DNA of 64,000 nucleotides from Candidatus Binatia bacterium (GTDB taxonomy: Bacteria > Desulfobacterota > Binatia > UBA9968 > CAXXLF01): assembly GCA_963664015.2 (NCBI GenBank), contig CAXXLF010000002.1:672001-736000 (forward strand), given 5' to 3'. The position numbers and the translations under genes are program-made. The notes below the pieces were generated by a model that was given only the letters and a program-made list of their open reading frames with translations, did no database searches and was not told the DNA's origin. Positions 10,823 to 19,870 of the stretch are shown here, one piece after another; positions within the stretch are counted from its first letter, which is position 1, and each line of letters starts with the position of its first letter.

Positions 10823-11102
10823 GGCGCCAGCCTGGCAATCAAATCCGACGATAGACTGAAGGTCGCTAGGTGCACAAATAGGGCACCGCAGGCGGCAATG
10901 GTAGCAGAGGCAACGTTAAGGGATTCGTTTATTAACATGGGGTTAGCTGAAACAATCGAGCGCCCTAAAGCACCTAATTACATGAAAAACTCCGGTTCGA
11001 TGAGAATGTCGACTTACTAAAAATTATACGTGAGTTAGTTTTTATGCTCAAGCCAAAATTACAGGGGGGATTGGGCTTCACGCGGAGTGGCGGGTGCCGT
11101 CT

Positions 11103-11957
11103 CTAGCTCCCCGGCTGGACCGGATCGCCGATCAGCTCGAGATAGACGCTACCAAACCACAACTTGCTGGTGGCCTTGAGTAGGAATCTTTTAGGATCAC
11201 TGGATATCCAGATTATCCCTTCTCTAGCCTTTACTTCACTGGCCTTGCCGTCGTCCCCCGGGGAAACCTGTTTAATCAATGCGGCATTGATCCGGTAGGC
11301 GTCGAATTTCCCGGAGTTCAACTCTATTTTTTCCTGGCCGGCAATGTGAATGGTCAAGAGATAACGATTATTTCCACCAAACAGGTTTATTTCGAACCGG
11401 TCTTCGATTTCGATGTCGAGGCTTCGAAGGAGATAGCTAGCAGAAACCGGATCAAAACTATAGGGCCATACAATCTCTCGTTCTTTGATCTTCTTCCCTT
11501 TTGTCTTGCGGACCAGCCACTTCTGGTTTTTTCGATCATACGAGGCCCTGGTTTCTGACCGTCTCCCGTTTTCCTTTTGATTGAAGACGTAGTGGTGCGG
11601 CATAAACGTCTTAGCATCGAATACGGACTCGATTGAGTCCCGCATTTTCCATATGAGGTCTAGAGCGATCCAGGTTTTGGCCTTGATCTTGACTTCATAG
11701 AGTTTCTCACCCTCTACCCAGATGGGACGGGTCCGAATCTTCGCGGTGGCCACAGGGATACCGTTCCAGCCCGCCTCGTACTGCGCGCTTTCACCTCCTT
11801 CGAACGGATAGAACCGGGGTTGATGCTTTCGACTCCCATTGGAAGATGCACCCGTTGAACCCGCGTCGTATGGGATCGTCAGGCAGATAAACAACAGTGA
11901 TAAGTTTATAATGAACCGTTGCATGCTACGAAAAATCACCCTGTTCCAAAACAACAA
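11103..11957 (-). CDS. DUF3108-domain exported beta-rich protein
   Basis: Signal/TM N-terminus, GESAQYEAGWNGIPVA, FDPVSASYLLRS, IWISSD..LLKA..KLWFGSV. Confidence 0.75.
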   Translation of the reverse strand: MLFWNRVIFRSMQRFIINLSLLFICLTIPYDAGSTGASSNGSRKHQPRFYPFEGGESAQYEAGWNGIPVATAKIRTRPIWVEGEKLYEVKIKAKTWIALDLIWKMRDSIESVFDAKTFMPHHYVFNQKENGRRSETRASYDRKNQKWLVRKTKGKKIKEREIVWPYSFDPVSASYLLRSLDIEIEDRFEINLFGGNNRYLLTIHIAGQEKIELNSGKFDAYRINAALIKQVSPGDDGKASEVKAREGIIWISSDPKRFLLKATSKLWFGSVYLELIGDPVQPGS

Positions 11958-12287
11958 AGTTCAGTGAACAAGTCCCTATGCCCCCTTCTCTGCACACCTG
12001 GTTTACGGATATTTTACCATGAATGGATCTGGGTAATCAAAGTAGCCGATGTCCGATTTGTTCTCCTATCGGTAACCCAGAGGGAGCTGCACCCCGACGA
12101 CGAACCTCCAACCACTAACTGGGCATTGTACGATTGCATCATTTTATCTAGGACTTGTTGGCCTTGCGTATTCTCGGCGCAGCCCCGTACCAGGCGCTAG
12201 GTTCAGTTGGAATGTTTATCTAAGGTCCTAAACCACTAGTGAAACTGGTCGATCGGATCGTTCTCCATGACAGACCATAAGTGTGTA

Positions 12288-12310
12288 ATTTGGTAATTGT
12301 TGCACCAAAT
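12288..12310. promoter_or_regulatory. Candidate upstream activator (bEBP) palindrome
   Basis: ATTTGGT-N9-ACCAAAT, overlapping an NtrC-like half site TGCACCA, 60-80 bp upstream of the sigma54 motif. Confidence 0.4.
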
Positions 12311-12351
12311 CGGAAGTTTTTCATTTCTCCGAAAAGGCAGCAATCCTGCAA

Positions 12352-12364
12352 AATCAATGGGTTA
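12352..12364 (+). promoter_or_regulatory. IHF binding site
   Basis: AATCAATGGGTTA matches WATCAANNNNTTR exactly and lies between the UAS and the sigma54 motif. Confidence 0.55.
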
Positions 12365-12369
12365 ACGCC

Positions 12370-12385
12370 TGGCCCCTCTTTTGCA
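12370..12385 (+). promoter_or_regulatory. Sigma54 (-24/-12) promoter
   Basis: TGGCccctcttTTGCA with exact GG-N10-GC spacing. Confidence 0.6.
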
Positions 12386-12456
12386 ATTAGGTCATCTTTA
12401 CCTTCCAGTCAAGATTTTTGGGAATTTAAAAGGGAAAAGGAGGTCGCAAGAGGATC

Positions 12457-12621
12457 ATGAGTCTCGATGGAATCCTTCTTGATCGCCAAGCGCTCATAAA
12501 CCGTGTTCGTACGCTCGAGGAAATCGTCGAACGAAGCGGCCTATGGGAATGCGAGTGCTGTGGTACCGTATACGCCGGTTGCCACCCGCAACCAGGTCTA
12601 CAGAGCAAGATCTACAAATGA
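12457..12621 (+). CDS. Small 54-aa Cys-rich protein (not in the ORF track)
   Basis: AGGAGG/AGAGGA RBS and sigma54 promoter upstream. Sequence MSLDGILLDRQALINRVRTLEEIVERSGLWECECCGTVYAGCHPQPGLQSKIYK. Confidence 0.55.
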   Translation: MSLDGILLDRQALINRVRTLEEIVERSGLWECECCGTVYAGCHPQPGLQSKIYK

Positions 12622-12689
12622 GGTGGGGAATGCAACAAACGGGCTCACCCCCGATAGCCACAATGGGCTAATGTTGTAAGATCGCCCGT

Positions 12690-13685
12690 TTACCCTTGAA
12701 ACTCTTCCCGGTATAACCCGAAGGGTTCATATAGGGGTCGGTCCGACATAAAGAAGAGGCACGCCTCCTCATCCAGGGATCGGTTCTCGTGCCGATGCCA
12801 GGTCCAATTGGGGATCACCAAGTAGTCCCCCTTCTCCCACTCCAACACCTCATCGTTAACGACCGTTCTACCGCGGCCTCGAACTACGTGAAAAATCCCC
12901 GAGGAAGTGTGGCGGCGATTCTTGCCCCTCTCCCCCTGACGCAGGAGATGCAGGCCGCAGCTCATGGTTGGCAATGTAGGGGCACCCCCCTGTCCCGTAT
13001 AATCCATGATTAGGTCACCGCTCGATTCTCCCGATCGTTCTGCCATCTGCCGCAAGCGCTTCTCGCTTTCCTGCCACTTGTAGTACCAGCGGGCCCCGCC
13101 GTCATGCCTTTTCCCATCGTCTGATTTTTTCCACTCTCGTTGGACCGTCTGCTGCGGCTTTTCATGATCCTCGATAAACATCACATCCATCGCCTGCGAG
13201 AAGGGAACATCCAGGCCGTCAATCCATATCATGGGGCCGTCGGACTTGTTGATATGATCGTGCCAGGTCCAGTTGGGCGTGAGGACAAGATCGCCGGGCT
13301 CCATCAGGAAACTCTCTCCATTGACGGTGGTGAAGGTGTCCTTGCCTTCAACGACGAAACGGATGGCGGCCATGGTATGACGATGTGCTGTGGCGACTTC
13401 GCCGGGAAGAACCATTTGGACCGACATCTGCAGAGTATGGGTTGTAAATTTCTTTGGAGCCATACCGGGATTAACGAGCTGGATGGTTCTTCGGCCGGCT
13501 TCGGCCACACCGATGAGATCACCCGCCCGCATTAGAGTGTCGCGAATGACCGACCCCTTCCAAAGCATGGGCTTCAGCTTGGAGCGCGGCTCCATGTTTG
13601 CCGGGAGCCCCATCTTCCAGTGTCCTTGGATGGAGTACTTTTGAATTTCCTGATCAAAATTTTCGAGCTCTTCAGCCTTGGACAT
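12690..13685 (-). CDS. Gentisate 1,2-dioxygenase-like bicupin
   Basis: RRTIQLVNPG, AHRHTMAAIRF, LTPNWTWHDH, WIDGLDVP; RBS GGAGGT. Confidence 0.85.
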   Translation of the reverse strand: MSKAEELENFDQEIQKYSIQGHWKMGLPANMEPRSKLKPMLWKGSVIRDTLMRAGDLIGVAEAGRRTIQLVNPGMAPKKFTTHTLQMSVQMVLPGEVATAHRHTMAAIRFVVEGKDTFTTVNGESFLMEPGDLVLTPNWTWHDHINKSDGPMIWIDGLDVPFSQAMDVMFIEDHEKPQQTVQREWKKSDDGKRHDGGARWYYKWQESEKRLRQMAERSGESSGDLIMDYTGQGGAPTLPTMSCGLHLLRQGERGKNRRHTSSGIFHVVRGRGRTVVNDEVLEWEKGDYLVIPNWTWHRHENRSLDEEACLFFMSDRPLYEPFGLYREEFQG

Positions 13686-13819
13686 AGAAATGCTACCTCC
13701 ATTTATGGCACCGTAAAGAAACAACTAAATCAAGCAATATCACCGCGGCCCCCATTGGGTCAAGATACCCGCCCAATGGGGCTCCCCTCTCGATGGTCTC
13801 TGCTAGAAGGTGGATCCGT

Positions 13820-14524
13820 CTACCTTTTACTTTCGTTAACCTTCGCCTCGTAATAAGCCCAGGTCCGTTCGAACAGGCCTGCGGGACGGTCGTTCTGCAC
13901 CGCAAGGTTTTCCAGCTCATGCTTGAAGTCGGCGAGCTCATCTTCCGCATACGCCTTGGCGCCGCCCGCCAGGCCGGCCAGGAGCTGTATTTTGGCGGCC
14001 TCTTCCATCATGACGGCCTTCACCGTAGCCTCCTCCAGGCTGGAGCCAGCCACCGAACCGCCATGCCCCTTCATCAATACCGCCGTCTCCTTTCCCATCA
14101 GACTCGTCATCTCCTCCCCCCGCTTCCTCGAGTTAATCAAGCCCGCCTTCTTGTAGACCTTGCTACCGGCGAACGGGAAGCCGAACACGGTACCCGGGAG
14201 AAACGTAGCCTCAGCCGTAGCCAGTGAAGTGACGTACAGGGAGTGGGTATGGACGATCCCCTGGACTTCCGGACGTGACTGGTAAATGCAGATGTGGATC
14301 CAGGTCTCGCCGTGCCACTTGCCCTTGCCTTCGAGAACCTTCCCGTTGAAGTCCACCACCAGGAGGTCCTCGTTTGTCACCAGGCCAGGCGCGATGGCCC
14401 GTGATATCAGAAGCCGGTCAGTGCCTGGGGCCCGAACGCTCACGTGACCGAAAGGAACCGTCAGGCCCGTCTTGTCCAGGATCCGGTTTGCCATTACGAG
14501 TTTTTCAATTAGCTCATTGCTCAT
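13820..14524 (-). CDS. Class II aldolase/adducin family protein
   Basis: FGHVSVR, ETWIH..IY..RPEVQGIVHTHS, LMKGHG. Confidence 0.9.
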   Translation of the reverse strand: MSNELIEKLVMANRILDKTGLTVPFGHVSVRAPGTDRLLISRAIAPGLVTNEDLLVVDFNGKVLEGKGKWHGETWIHICIYQSRPEVQGIVHTHSLYVTSLATAEATFLPGTVFGFPFAGSKVYKKAGLINSRKRGEEMTSLMGKETAVLMKGHGGSVAGSSLEEATVKAVMMEEAAKIQLLAGLAGGAKAYAEDELADFKHELENLAVQNDRPAGLFERTWAYYEAKVNESKR

Positions 14525-14576
14525 GCCATCGTCCTTCAATTGGGGAGGAAACGTCGTGATGTTGTAACCTATTCGC

Positions 14577-15170
14577 CTAACGGCCAACCCTTTTCGGATA
14601 ATCAGGATGACGCAGCAAATTTTCGATAAAGGTCTCCTTCATCGCACGGCCATGGAGCCGCCGTGAATCCACTTCCACACGCGCTTTTCCCGGCTCGATC
14701 TTGAGCACGAAAAAGCTTAGCCCCCCGTCAGCCAGCGACTTTGGCACGACGCGTTTGAATTCGTCCTCGGTGCGGATGGTCCCGGTTACGGGGATTCCGG
14801 CTCCCTTTGCGATCGCTTCGAGATCGGCGTGGGTAGCCGTCGCCGTGGGTCCCATGTCAGCGTACGATTGATTGTCCATAACGAGTGCCAGGAGGTTGGG
14901 AGGGTTGACACCGGCTACAGTCACAAGGCTGCTCGTATCCAAGAGGAGACTGCCGTCCGAGTCGATAGCGACAACCTTTCGCTTGGGGTAGGCAAGGGAC
15001 AAGCCCAAAGCAAAGGAAAGACACATTCCCAGGTTGAGGCTGTGAAAATTGGCACCCTTGGGCCGCAGATAAGCCCACTCCCTTGCGTTGGGTCCTCGAG
15101 CTGTTACGGTGATCGCGTGTTCGTCCAGCCAGGAAGCAAGCAACGTGAGACAGTCGTAGCGGTTTACCAT
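14577..15170 (-). CDS. ThDP-dependent decarboxylase beta subunit (ComE/phosphonopyruvate decarboxylase-like)
   Basis: IDSDGSLLL...MDNQSY ThDP-binding motif; overlaps the stop of the alpha subunit. Confidence 0.82.
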   Translation of the reverse strand: MVNRYDCLTLLASWLDEHAITVTARGPNAREWAYLRPKGANFHSLNLGMCLSFALGLSLAYPKRKVVAIDSDGSLLLDTSSLVTVAGVNPPNLLALVMDNQSYADMGPTATATHADLEAIAKGAGIPVTGTIRTEDEFKRVVPKSLADGGLSFFVLKIEPGKARVEVDSRRLHGRAMKETFIENLLRHPDYPKRVGR

Positions 15171-15676
15171 AGGACATCTCCGGTTAAGAGTAGGACCAAC
15201 GGAGTGCTGTAACCCTGGCACGCAGCGTGGGCATCCAGCAGCTTGCGTTTGAGTTTCTCTTTTTCCTCCACGATCCGATAAGGGATCTTCAACGCACTCA
15301 GCACTGGCTCACCCACCTGATTGAACATATTGAGCTGATCGCCGGAGATACCGCTGCGATCGCTGACGTCCCCACGATAGGAGGCGAGAATGAAGACCGG
15401 GATACCATAAAGCACCCCCATCTGAGCGAGGGCCCAGCTTCCGACCAACAGTCCCGCAATACCCGTAATAAAAACGCAATTGCGCCCCCCCAGGGACGCT
15501 CCCGCGCACAGGCTTATGCCATGCCCTTCCCCTGTAACCGTTACGGCGGTAAAGAATGGGTCCTGGCGAATTTGCTCAGTCAACGGGTAAGTCGGATCCT
15601 CCGGCAACGTAACCACCAGATCGATATTCTTTTCCTTTAATGTTTCGATAATAACGCCAACCATGTCTTTATCCAT
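15164..15676 (-). CDS. ThDP-dependent decarboxylase alpha subunit (ComD-like)
   Basis: VVTLPED, GEGHGISLCAGASLGG, YGIPVFILASYRGD. Confidence 0.82.
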   Translation of the reverse strand: MDKDMVGVIIETLKEKNIDLVVTLPEDPTYPLTEQIRQDPFFTAVTVTGEGHGISLCAGASLGGRNCVFITGIAGLLVGSWALAQMGVLYGIPVFILASYRGDVSDRSGISGDQLNMFNQVGEPVLSALKIPYRIVEEKEKLKRKLLDAHAACQGYSTPLVLLLTGDVLW

Positions 15677-15738
15677 CTTTTTTTCTCTTTTCTCCGAGCT
15701 TGGCGTCCTTTGCACCTTTCCCCCGACTTTGCTCGGAA

Positions 15739-15757
15739 CCCTGAGCCTGTCGAAGGG
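15739..15757. repeat. Short REP-like element CCCTGAGCCTGTCGAAGGG
   Basis: Recognisable dispersed intergenic repeat motif; single copy in this window. Confidence 0.45.
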
Positions 15758-15800
15758 TGCGCGAATCATCTATTTCCGGGTACGTAATCAATATCTTCCC

Positions 15801-16361
15801 CTAGGGATTGGTTAGCTCTTTGGGCTTGAGGGCCCTGCGCTGAATCTCCGAACCGTTGAGGTTAACCACCGAGAACACGGGTGTAGGCCGCATGAGCGTG
15901 TCTACAGCCCGGCACTCCCTCTCGGCAAATTCCACGAGCGCTACTATTTTCTCCTTGGGTTCGGGACTATCAATGAAGGTCTCTAAGGTTATGTCGGAAA
16001 AGCCACAGGGGAATTCGGCCTTCTTAGACAACGAGCGATAGTCAAGACGACCTTTGATTACGGTGCGAGCAGAGCTGATAGCGATATCCAGTAGCGACGA
16101 AGCCGTCGCTATTTGACTGTGCAGTCAAAAAGCGGCGCCGAGCAGAAAATACTCCAGCGGCCCCGGCGCGGTGTCGGTTCCACCGTGACCGCGCTTCTGC
16201 TCGTCCGCATAGATCTCAAAGTGCCGGATCTTGCCCCGCTTACGATAGTTCTCCACAATCTCGACCTCGGCCGCTACCACCTGGTCCACCGGCTGCCTCG
16301 CCTTGGTCAACTCTTTAGATATTTCCACTCGGCCTTCACGGAGACGCTTTCGATCGATCAT
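15801..16361 (-). CDS. OsmC/Ohr-family protein, probable selenoprotein (in-frame UGA = codon 79; 186 aa)
   Basis: ADEQ..HGGTDTAPGPLEYFLLGAAF-TGA-LHSQIA reads in frame into AERECRAVDTL. The TGA (16127-16125) is at the first conserved Cys, and a SECIS-like hairpin follows. Confidence 0.85.
16088..16119 (-). promoter_or_regulatory. Bacterial SECIS-like stem-loop
   Basis: UAGCGACG-GCUU-CGUCGCUA starts 13 nt after the UGA. The loop begins with G about 21 nt from the UGA, and a CAG/CUG lower stem is possible. Confidence 0.7.
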
Positions 16362-16681
16362 CACTTCCCTCCGTCTGTTTCCAAGAAGAGCGCCGCTAGG
16401 CGACTGTTTTCCAAGTCCACATTGATGATCAGTCGTGAGGGAACTGAAGGGGCGACGGCTGCGGCAACGTACACGGGCCAACCCTCTCCCTCTCCAACCC
16501 AAACGTACCCCACTGGGGGCACTTCCCTCTCTTCCACCAGGATCACTTCAAAGCCAACGGCGCAGCATTCCTCACACTCATTTTCGAACACGACCAGGGC
16601 CGCGTCCTCAATAGGATCTGCTGCGAGGGCACCGACCAGCTCTTCTTTCGCCTGGCGGCCGATCTCAATTTCCATTTCCAT
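16361..16681 (-). CDS. Small acidic protein with CxxCC motif, HesB/IscA-like pattern
   Basis: 106 aa, IEIGRQAKEEL..ECEECCAVGFEVILV..PVYV. Starts 4 nt after the upstream stop and has a TGATG overlap with osmC. Confidence 0.6.
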   Translation of the reverse strand: MEMEIEIGRQAKEELVGALAADPIEDAALVVFENECEECCAVGFEVILVEEREVPPVGYVWVGEGEGWPVYVAAAVAPSVPSRLIINVDLENSRLAALFLETDGGK

Positions 16682-16685
16682 AGGG

Positions 16686-17414
16686 TTAATCCAATCCGTC
16701 GAACAATTTTGGATCCACTCCACACGCAATCCGCATGCAATGGTCTTCGAGGATGTGAAACGTCCTTTTGAATTGAACCGCCTTTCGCACCCCTTCCTGC
16801 TGCACTTCTGTGACCGCATACTTTTTAACGAGGTCCCGTGTGGACGAACCGTGGTCGATGTCCATTTCCGAGTGAAGGGTAAAATGGACCAGGCCCCAGT
16901 CCGGTACATCGTAGTGCTTGGCCAGGGCCTCGGCCATTTTCATCCCGTGTCCCCCGGTCCCTGTCCCCGAGTCTTCGTCGAAGCTCATGGAAGCCCCTTC
17001 CAACCAGGAATGGTCCCTGGCGTAGTTGACCCACGAGTCACAGACCAATCGATAGGCGTTGTGGAGATCCCGATAACTCTCCAGTTCGTCCCGCGGGATA
17101 CCGAGCCCCTCTGCCAGTTTGGCCCATAGCTCCGAGTGGGCCCCCACGGTCCCACCCATCACCCGACTGTCCTCTTCCTCGATGTACTTTGTAATGCGCT
17201 CCATGCGTACTTCTTTGATAGAACAGTTAGCCAAGATGTAGAGTTCCTTGCGCGGTACGTTGACCCGGTAATAGTAAAGCTGCTTAACCCACATCTTTAC
17301 CTGCTCCTTGGTAAGCCTACCGTACTGGATCAACAGGCGGGTGGGCCGTTCCACCCGGTAGGCCTGCCGTCCTTTCATGAGATTCTGGATCAATTCTTCG
17401 GGCGGCTGCAACAT
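16686..17414 (-). CDS. PqqC/CADD-like heme-oxygenase-fold iron-containing redox enzyme
   Basis: LTKEQVKMWVKQLYYY..PRKE.YILANC, EEED..AHSELW and HSEMDIDHG. AGGAG RBS before ATG 17414. Confidence 0.8.
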   Translation of the reverse strand: MLQPPEELIQNLMKGRQAYRVERPTRLLIQYGRLTKEQVKMWVKQLYYYRVNVPRKELYILANCSIKEVRMERITKYIEEEDSRVMGGTVGAHSELWAKLAEGLGIPRDELESYRDLHNAYRLVCDSWVNYARDHSWLEGASMSFDEDSGTGTGGHGMKMAEALAKHYDVPDWGLVHFTLHSEMDIDHGSSTRDLVKKYAVTEVQQEGVRKAVQFKRTFHILEDHCMRIACGVDPKLFDGLD

Positions 17415-17436
17415 AACGTCATCTCCTATTTCCGTC

Positions 17437-18867
17437 TTAATCAAAAAGGCCTTTCCATTTCTGCATTACCTTTTCCCGTTCCTCGTCGCTCGACTGAACG
17501 ACCCGGGGGAAATCCTGAATCCAGTCGAAGGGCCGGCAGGCGTCGATCACGGCCCGGGAACCGAAGGAGATCTTTTCAGGCTTGGGGTAAATGGGATCCA
17601 AAGGACCGGTATAGGTGTTGCGGAGAATATCGATATCCTTTTCCGGATTGGAACGGGTGCTGATGGCCCAGATGACCTGATCCAAATCGCTGGGATCGAT
17701 GTCGTCATCGACCACGACCACATACCTTCCCATGGAAGTCCCTCCTGCCCGGCATTGGCATACCATGAAACCGGCTTGCCGTGCGTGACCGGGATAGCGC
17801 TGTTTGATCGAGACAACTGTGAAGAAGTTGATGCCCGACACCTCGTGATACCAGACCCCTTTGACATCCGGGATGCCGTCTTTCTTCAGCGAATCTTTCA
17901 CGTTCGCAGATTTCATCGCCGACATAAAATAGGAATAGTCGTGAGGTGGGCGCGCCGGCATGGCGCCAAGAATGATGGGATCGTTCCGGTGGTAGAGAGC
18001 CTTGACCTGAATCACCGGTTCCTTCTCCCTGCCCGACGCGTAGTATCCCGTATACTCACCGTAGGGTCCTTCGTCTCTCCGTTCATCGGGCGGCGAAAAC
18101 CCTTCGATAGAAAACTCACTACCGGCGGGAATGGGCAGACCCGTAATCTCACCGGGGATCACCGGGACGGGCTTCCCGAAAATAGCCCCGACGAACTGGT
18201 ACTCGGATATACTGTAGGGGACACTCATCGCTGCAAGCACGTGATAGAGCGGATGGTGTCCGAAGGATACGGCAATGGGCGCCGCTTCGCCCCGAGCATG
18301 ATACTTTTTGACGTTTAGCGCACCATGGTGAGCGGAAGAGATATGGAGTGCCAGGGTCTTCTCATCGTGGAGCATCAAACGGTAGGCCCCCAGGTTGATC
18401 ACCCCCGTATCCGGATCCCGAGTGATAACGACACAACCCGTACCCAAATATTTCCCGCCGTCATACTCGTGCCACTTGGGAGCCGGGAACTTGAGCAGAT
18501 TGACGTCGTTACCGAAAAACCGGTTTTCCATCACGGCACCGTCGGAAACCTCCTCCGGTGCGAATTCACCCGAACGCCTTTCCCAATCGATCACCTTTCC
18601 CTCCAGGCGCGACACAAGCTCTTGGTCCGTAGTGATATCGCGGTACCCTAGGGTGAGCCCCAGCCTTTGGGCATCCAGAATAGCGCCGGTAACGATCCGG
18701 TATCCCTTGTCATGGCCCTTGATGTTGTCAAAGATGAATGCGGGCCCCCTGCGCTTGCAGTTGACTTCGGCCAGTATCCCGAGCTCCAGGTGGGGATCGG
18801 CGCCGTCAACGACCTTGAGTTTTCCTATTCCCTCGACTTCTTTAAGCCAGCTTCTCAGATCCTCCAT
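17437..18867 (-). CDS. UbiD-family prFMN-dependent (de)carboxylase #1
   Basis: DGGKYLGT, NLGAYRL, EGPYGEYTGYY, VVVVDDDIDP, IDACRP. Confidence 0.95.
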   Translation of the reverse strand: MEDLRSWLKEVEGIGKLKVVDGADPHLELGILAEVNCKRRGPAFIFDNIKGHDKGYRIVTGAILDAQRLGLTLGYRDITTDQELVSRLEGKVIDWERRSGEFAPEEVSDGAVMENRFFGNDVNLLKFPAPKWHEYDGGKYLGTGCVVITRDPDTGVINLGAYRLMLHDEKTLALHISSAHHGALNVKKYHARGEAAPIAVSFGHHPLYHVLAAMSVPYSISEYQFVGAIFGKPVPVIPGEITGLPIPAGSEFSIEGFSPPDERRDEGPYGEYTGYYASGREKEPVIQVKALYHRNDPIILGAMPARPPHDYSYFMSAMKSANVKDSLKKDGIPDVKGVWYHEVSGINFFTVVSIKQRYPGHARQAGFMVCQCRAGGTSMGRYVVVVDDDIDPSDLDQVIWAISTRSNPEKDIDILRNTYTGPLDPIYPKPEKISFGSRAVIDACRPFDWIQDFPRVVQSSDEEREKVMQKWKGLFD

Positions 18868-18966
18868 CGGTTTTCCCCTTTATATCAAAATTTCTATTTT
18901 CTTAGCCCAATAGCTCGAACGCAAAACACCACAGTCAACTAAAGATAAGGTCAGGACAAACACGGC

Positions 18967-19869
18967 TTACTTGTCGTACTGCCGGGGATCAAAAACATCC
19001 CGTAGGCCATCGCCAAGCAAGTTGAAGCCCAAAATGGTCATGGAGATGGCGAGACCGGGGATGAGGGCCACGTGGGGTCCAAGTTCCATGTAACCCCGTG
19101 CCTCGTTGAGCATGAGTCCCCAGCTGGGAGCGGGAGGGGCAAATCCCAACCCGAGAAAACTCAGGGAGGACTCGGTGATGATGGCATGGGCGCAGTCAAG
19201 CGTTATCAGGACCAGTAAGGAACCGATGCAATTGGGAAGGATCTGAAAGAAAAGGATCCTAAACTCGGATTCACCCGTCATGCGAGCGGCTTCGACGTAT
19301 TCTTTCTCTTTTTGTGAGAGAACTACGCCTCGAACCACCCGGGCATAGCCGGGGATCGAGGTAATGCCAATGGCCAGCCACAGTGTCAAGAAGTTTGCGC
19401 CCATGGCAGCAACTAGGGCAATGGCCAGGAGACGTCCCGGAAAGGCGAGAACCGCATCGATAAACCGCATGATGAGCATGTCCACTCGTCCACCCATATA
19501 ACCTGAGAATGCTCCCAATGGAACACCGATGAGAATGGCCAGGAGAACGGCTCCCATGGCCACCTGCATCGCGATGCGAGTGCCCAGGATAACCCGGGTA
19601 TAGATATCCCGTCCGAACACATCGGTACCGAACAGGTGCTGAGCCGAAGGAGGCGATAGGCGGTCGATTATGTTCATTTGATAAGGGTCTTGAGTAATAA
19701 TGAGATCGGCGCCGAGAGTCACAAACACGACCAATGTGATCAAAAGAAGCCCTACGGTAGCAAGGCGGTTGCGTAGGATAACCCGTAGACCGCTGCTGAC
19801 CTTTTCTAATAACTCTCGAAATCTTACCGAAGAGGTGGGCGCAATGATATTCCCTGTTGTGTTAGCCAT
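18967..19869 (-). CDS. Peptide/nickel ABC transporter permease (DppC-like)
   Basis: HLFGTDVFGRD, EYVEAARMTG, ESSLSFLGLG, NLLGDGLRD. Confidence 0.93.
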   Translation of the reverse strand: MANTTGNIIAPTSSVRFRELLEKVSSGLRVILRNRLATVGLLLITLVVFVTLGADLIITQDPYQMNIIDRLSPPSAQHLFGTDVFGRDIYTRVILGTRIAMQVAMGAVLLAILIGVPLGAFSGYMGGRVDMLIMRFIDAVLAFPGRLLAIALVAAMGANFLTLWLAIGITSIPGYARVVRGVVLSQKEKEYVEAARMTGESEFRILFFQILPNCIGSLLVLITLDCAHAIITESSLSFLGLGFAPPAPSWGLMLNEARGYMELGPHVALIPGLAISMTILGFNLLGDGLRDVFDPRQYDK

Positions 19870-19870
19870 T

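Noticed and set aside
14577-15676. Coenzyme M or phosphonate biosynthesis
   Set aside because: No comA/B/C or PEP mutase in the window; the context is catabolic.
16686-17414. PQQ biosynthesis (pqqC)
   Set aside because: No pqqA/B/D/E nearby, and the protein carries the diiron ligand set of CADD-like enzymes.
16113-18318. Long plus-strand ORFs 16113-17129 and 17377-18318
   Set aside because: They are antisense shadows of well-supported minus-strand genes and have no recognisable motifs.
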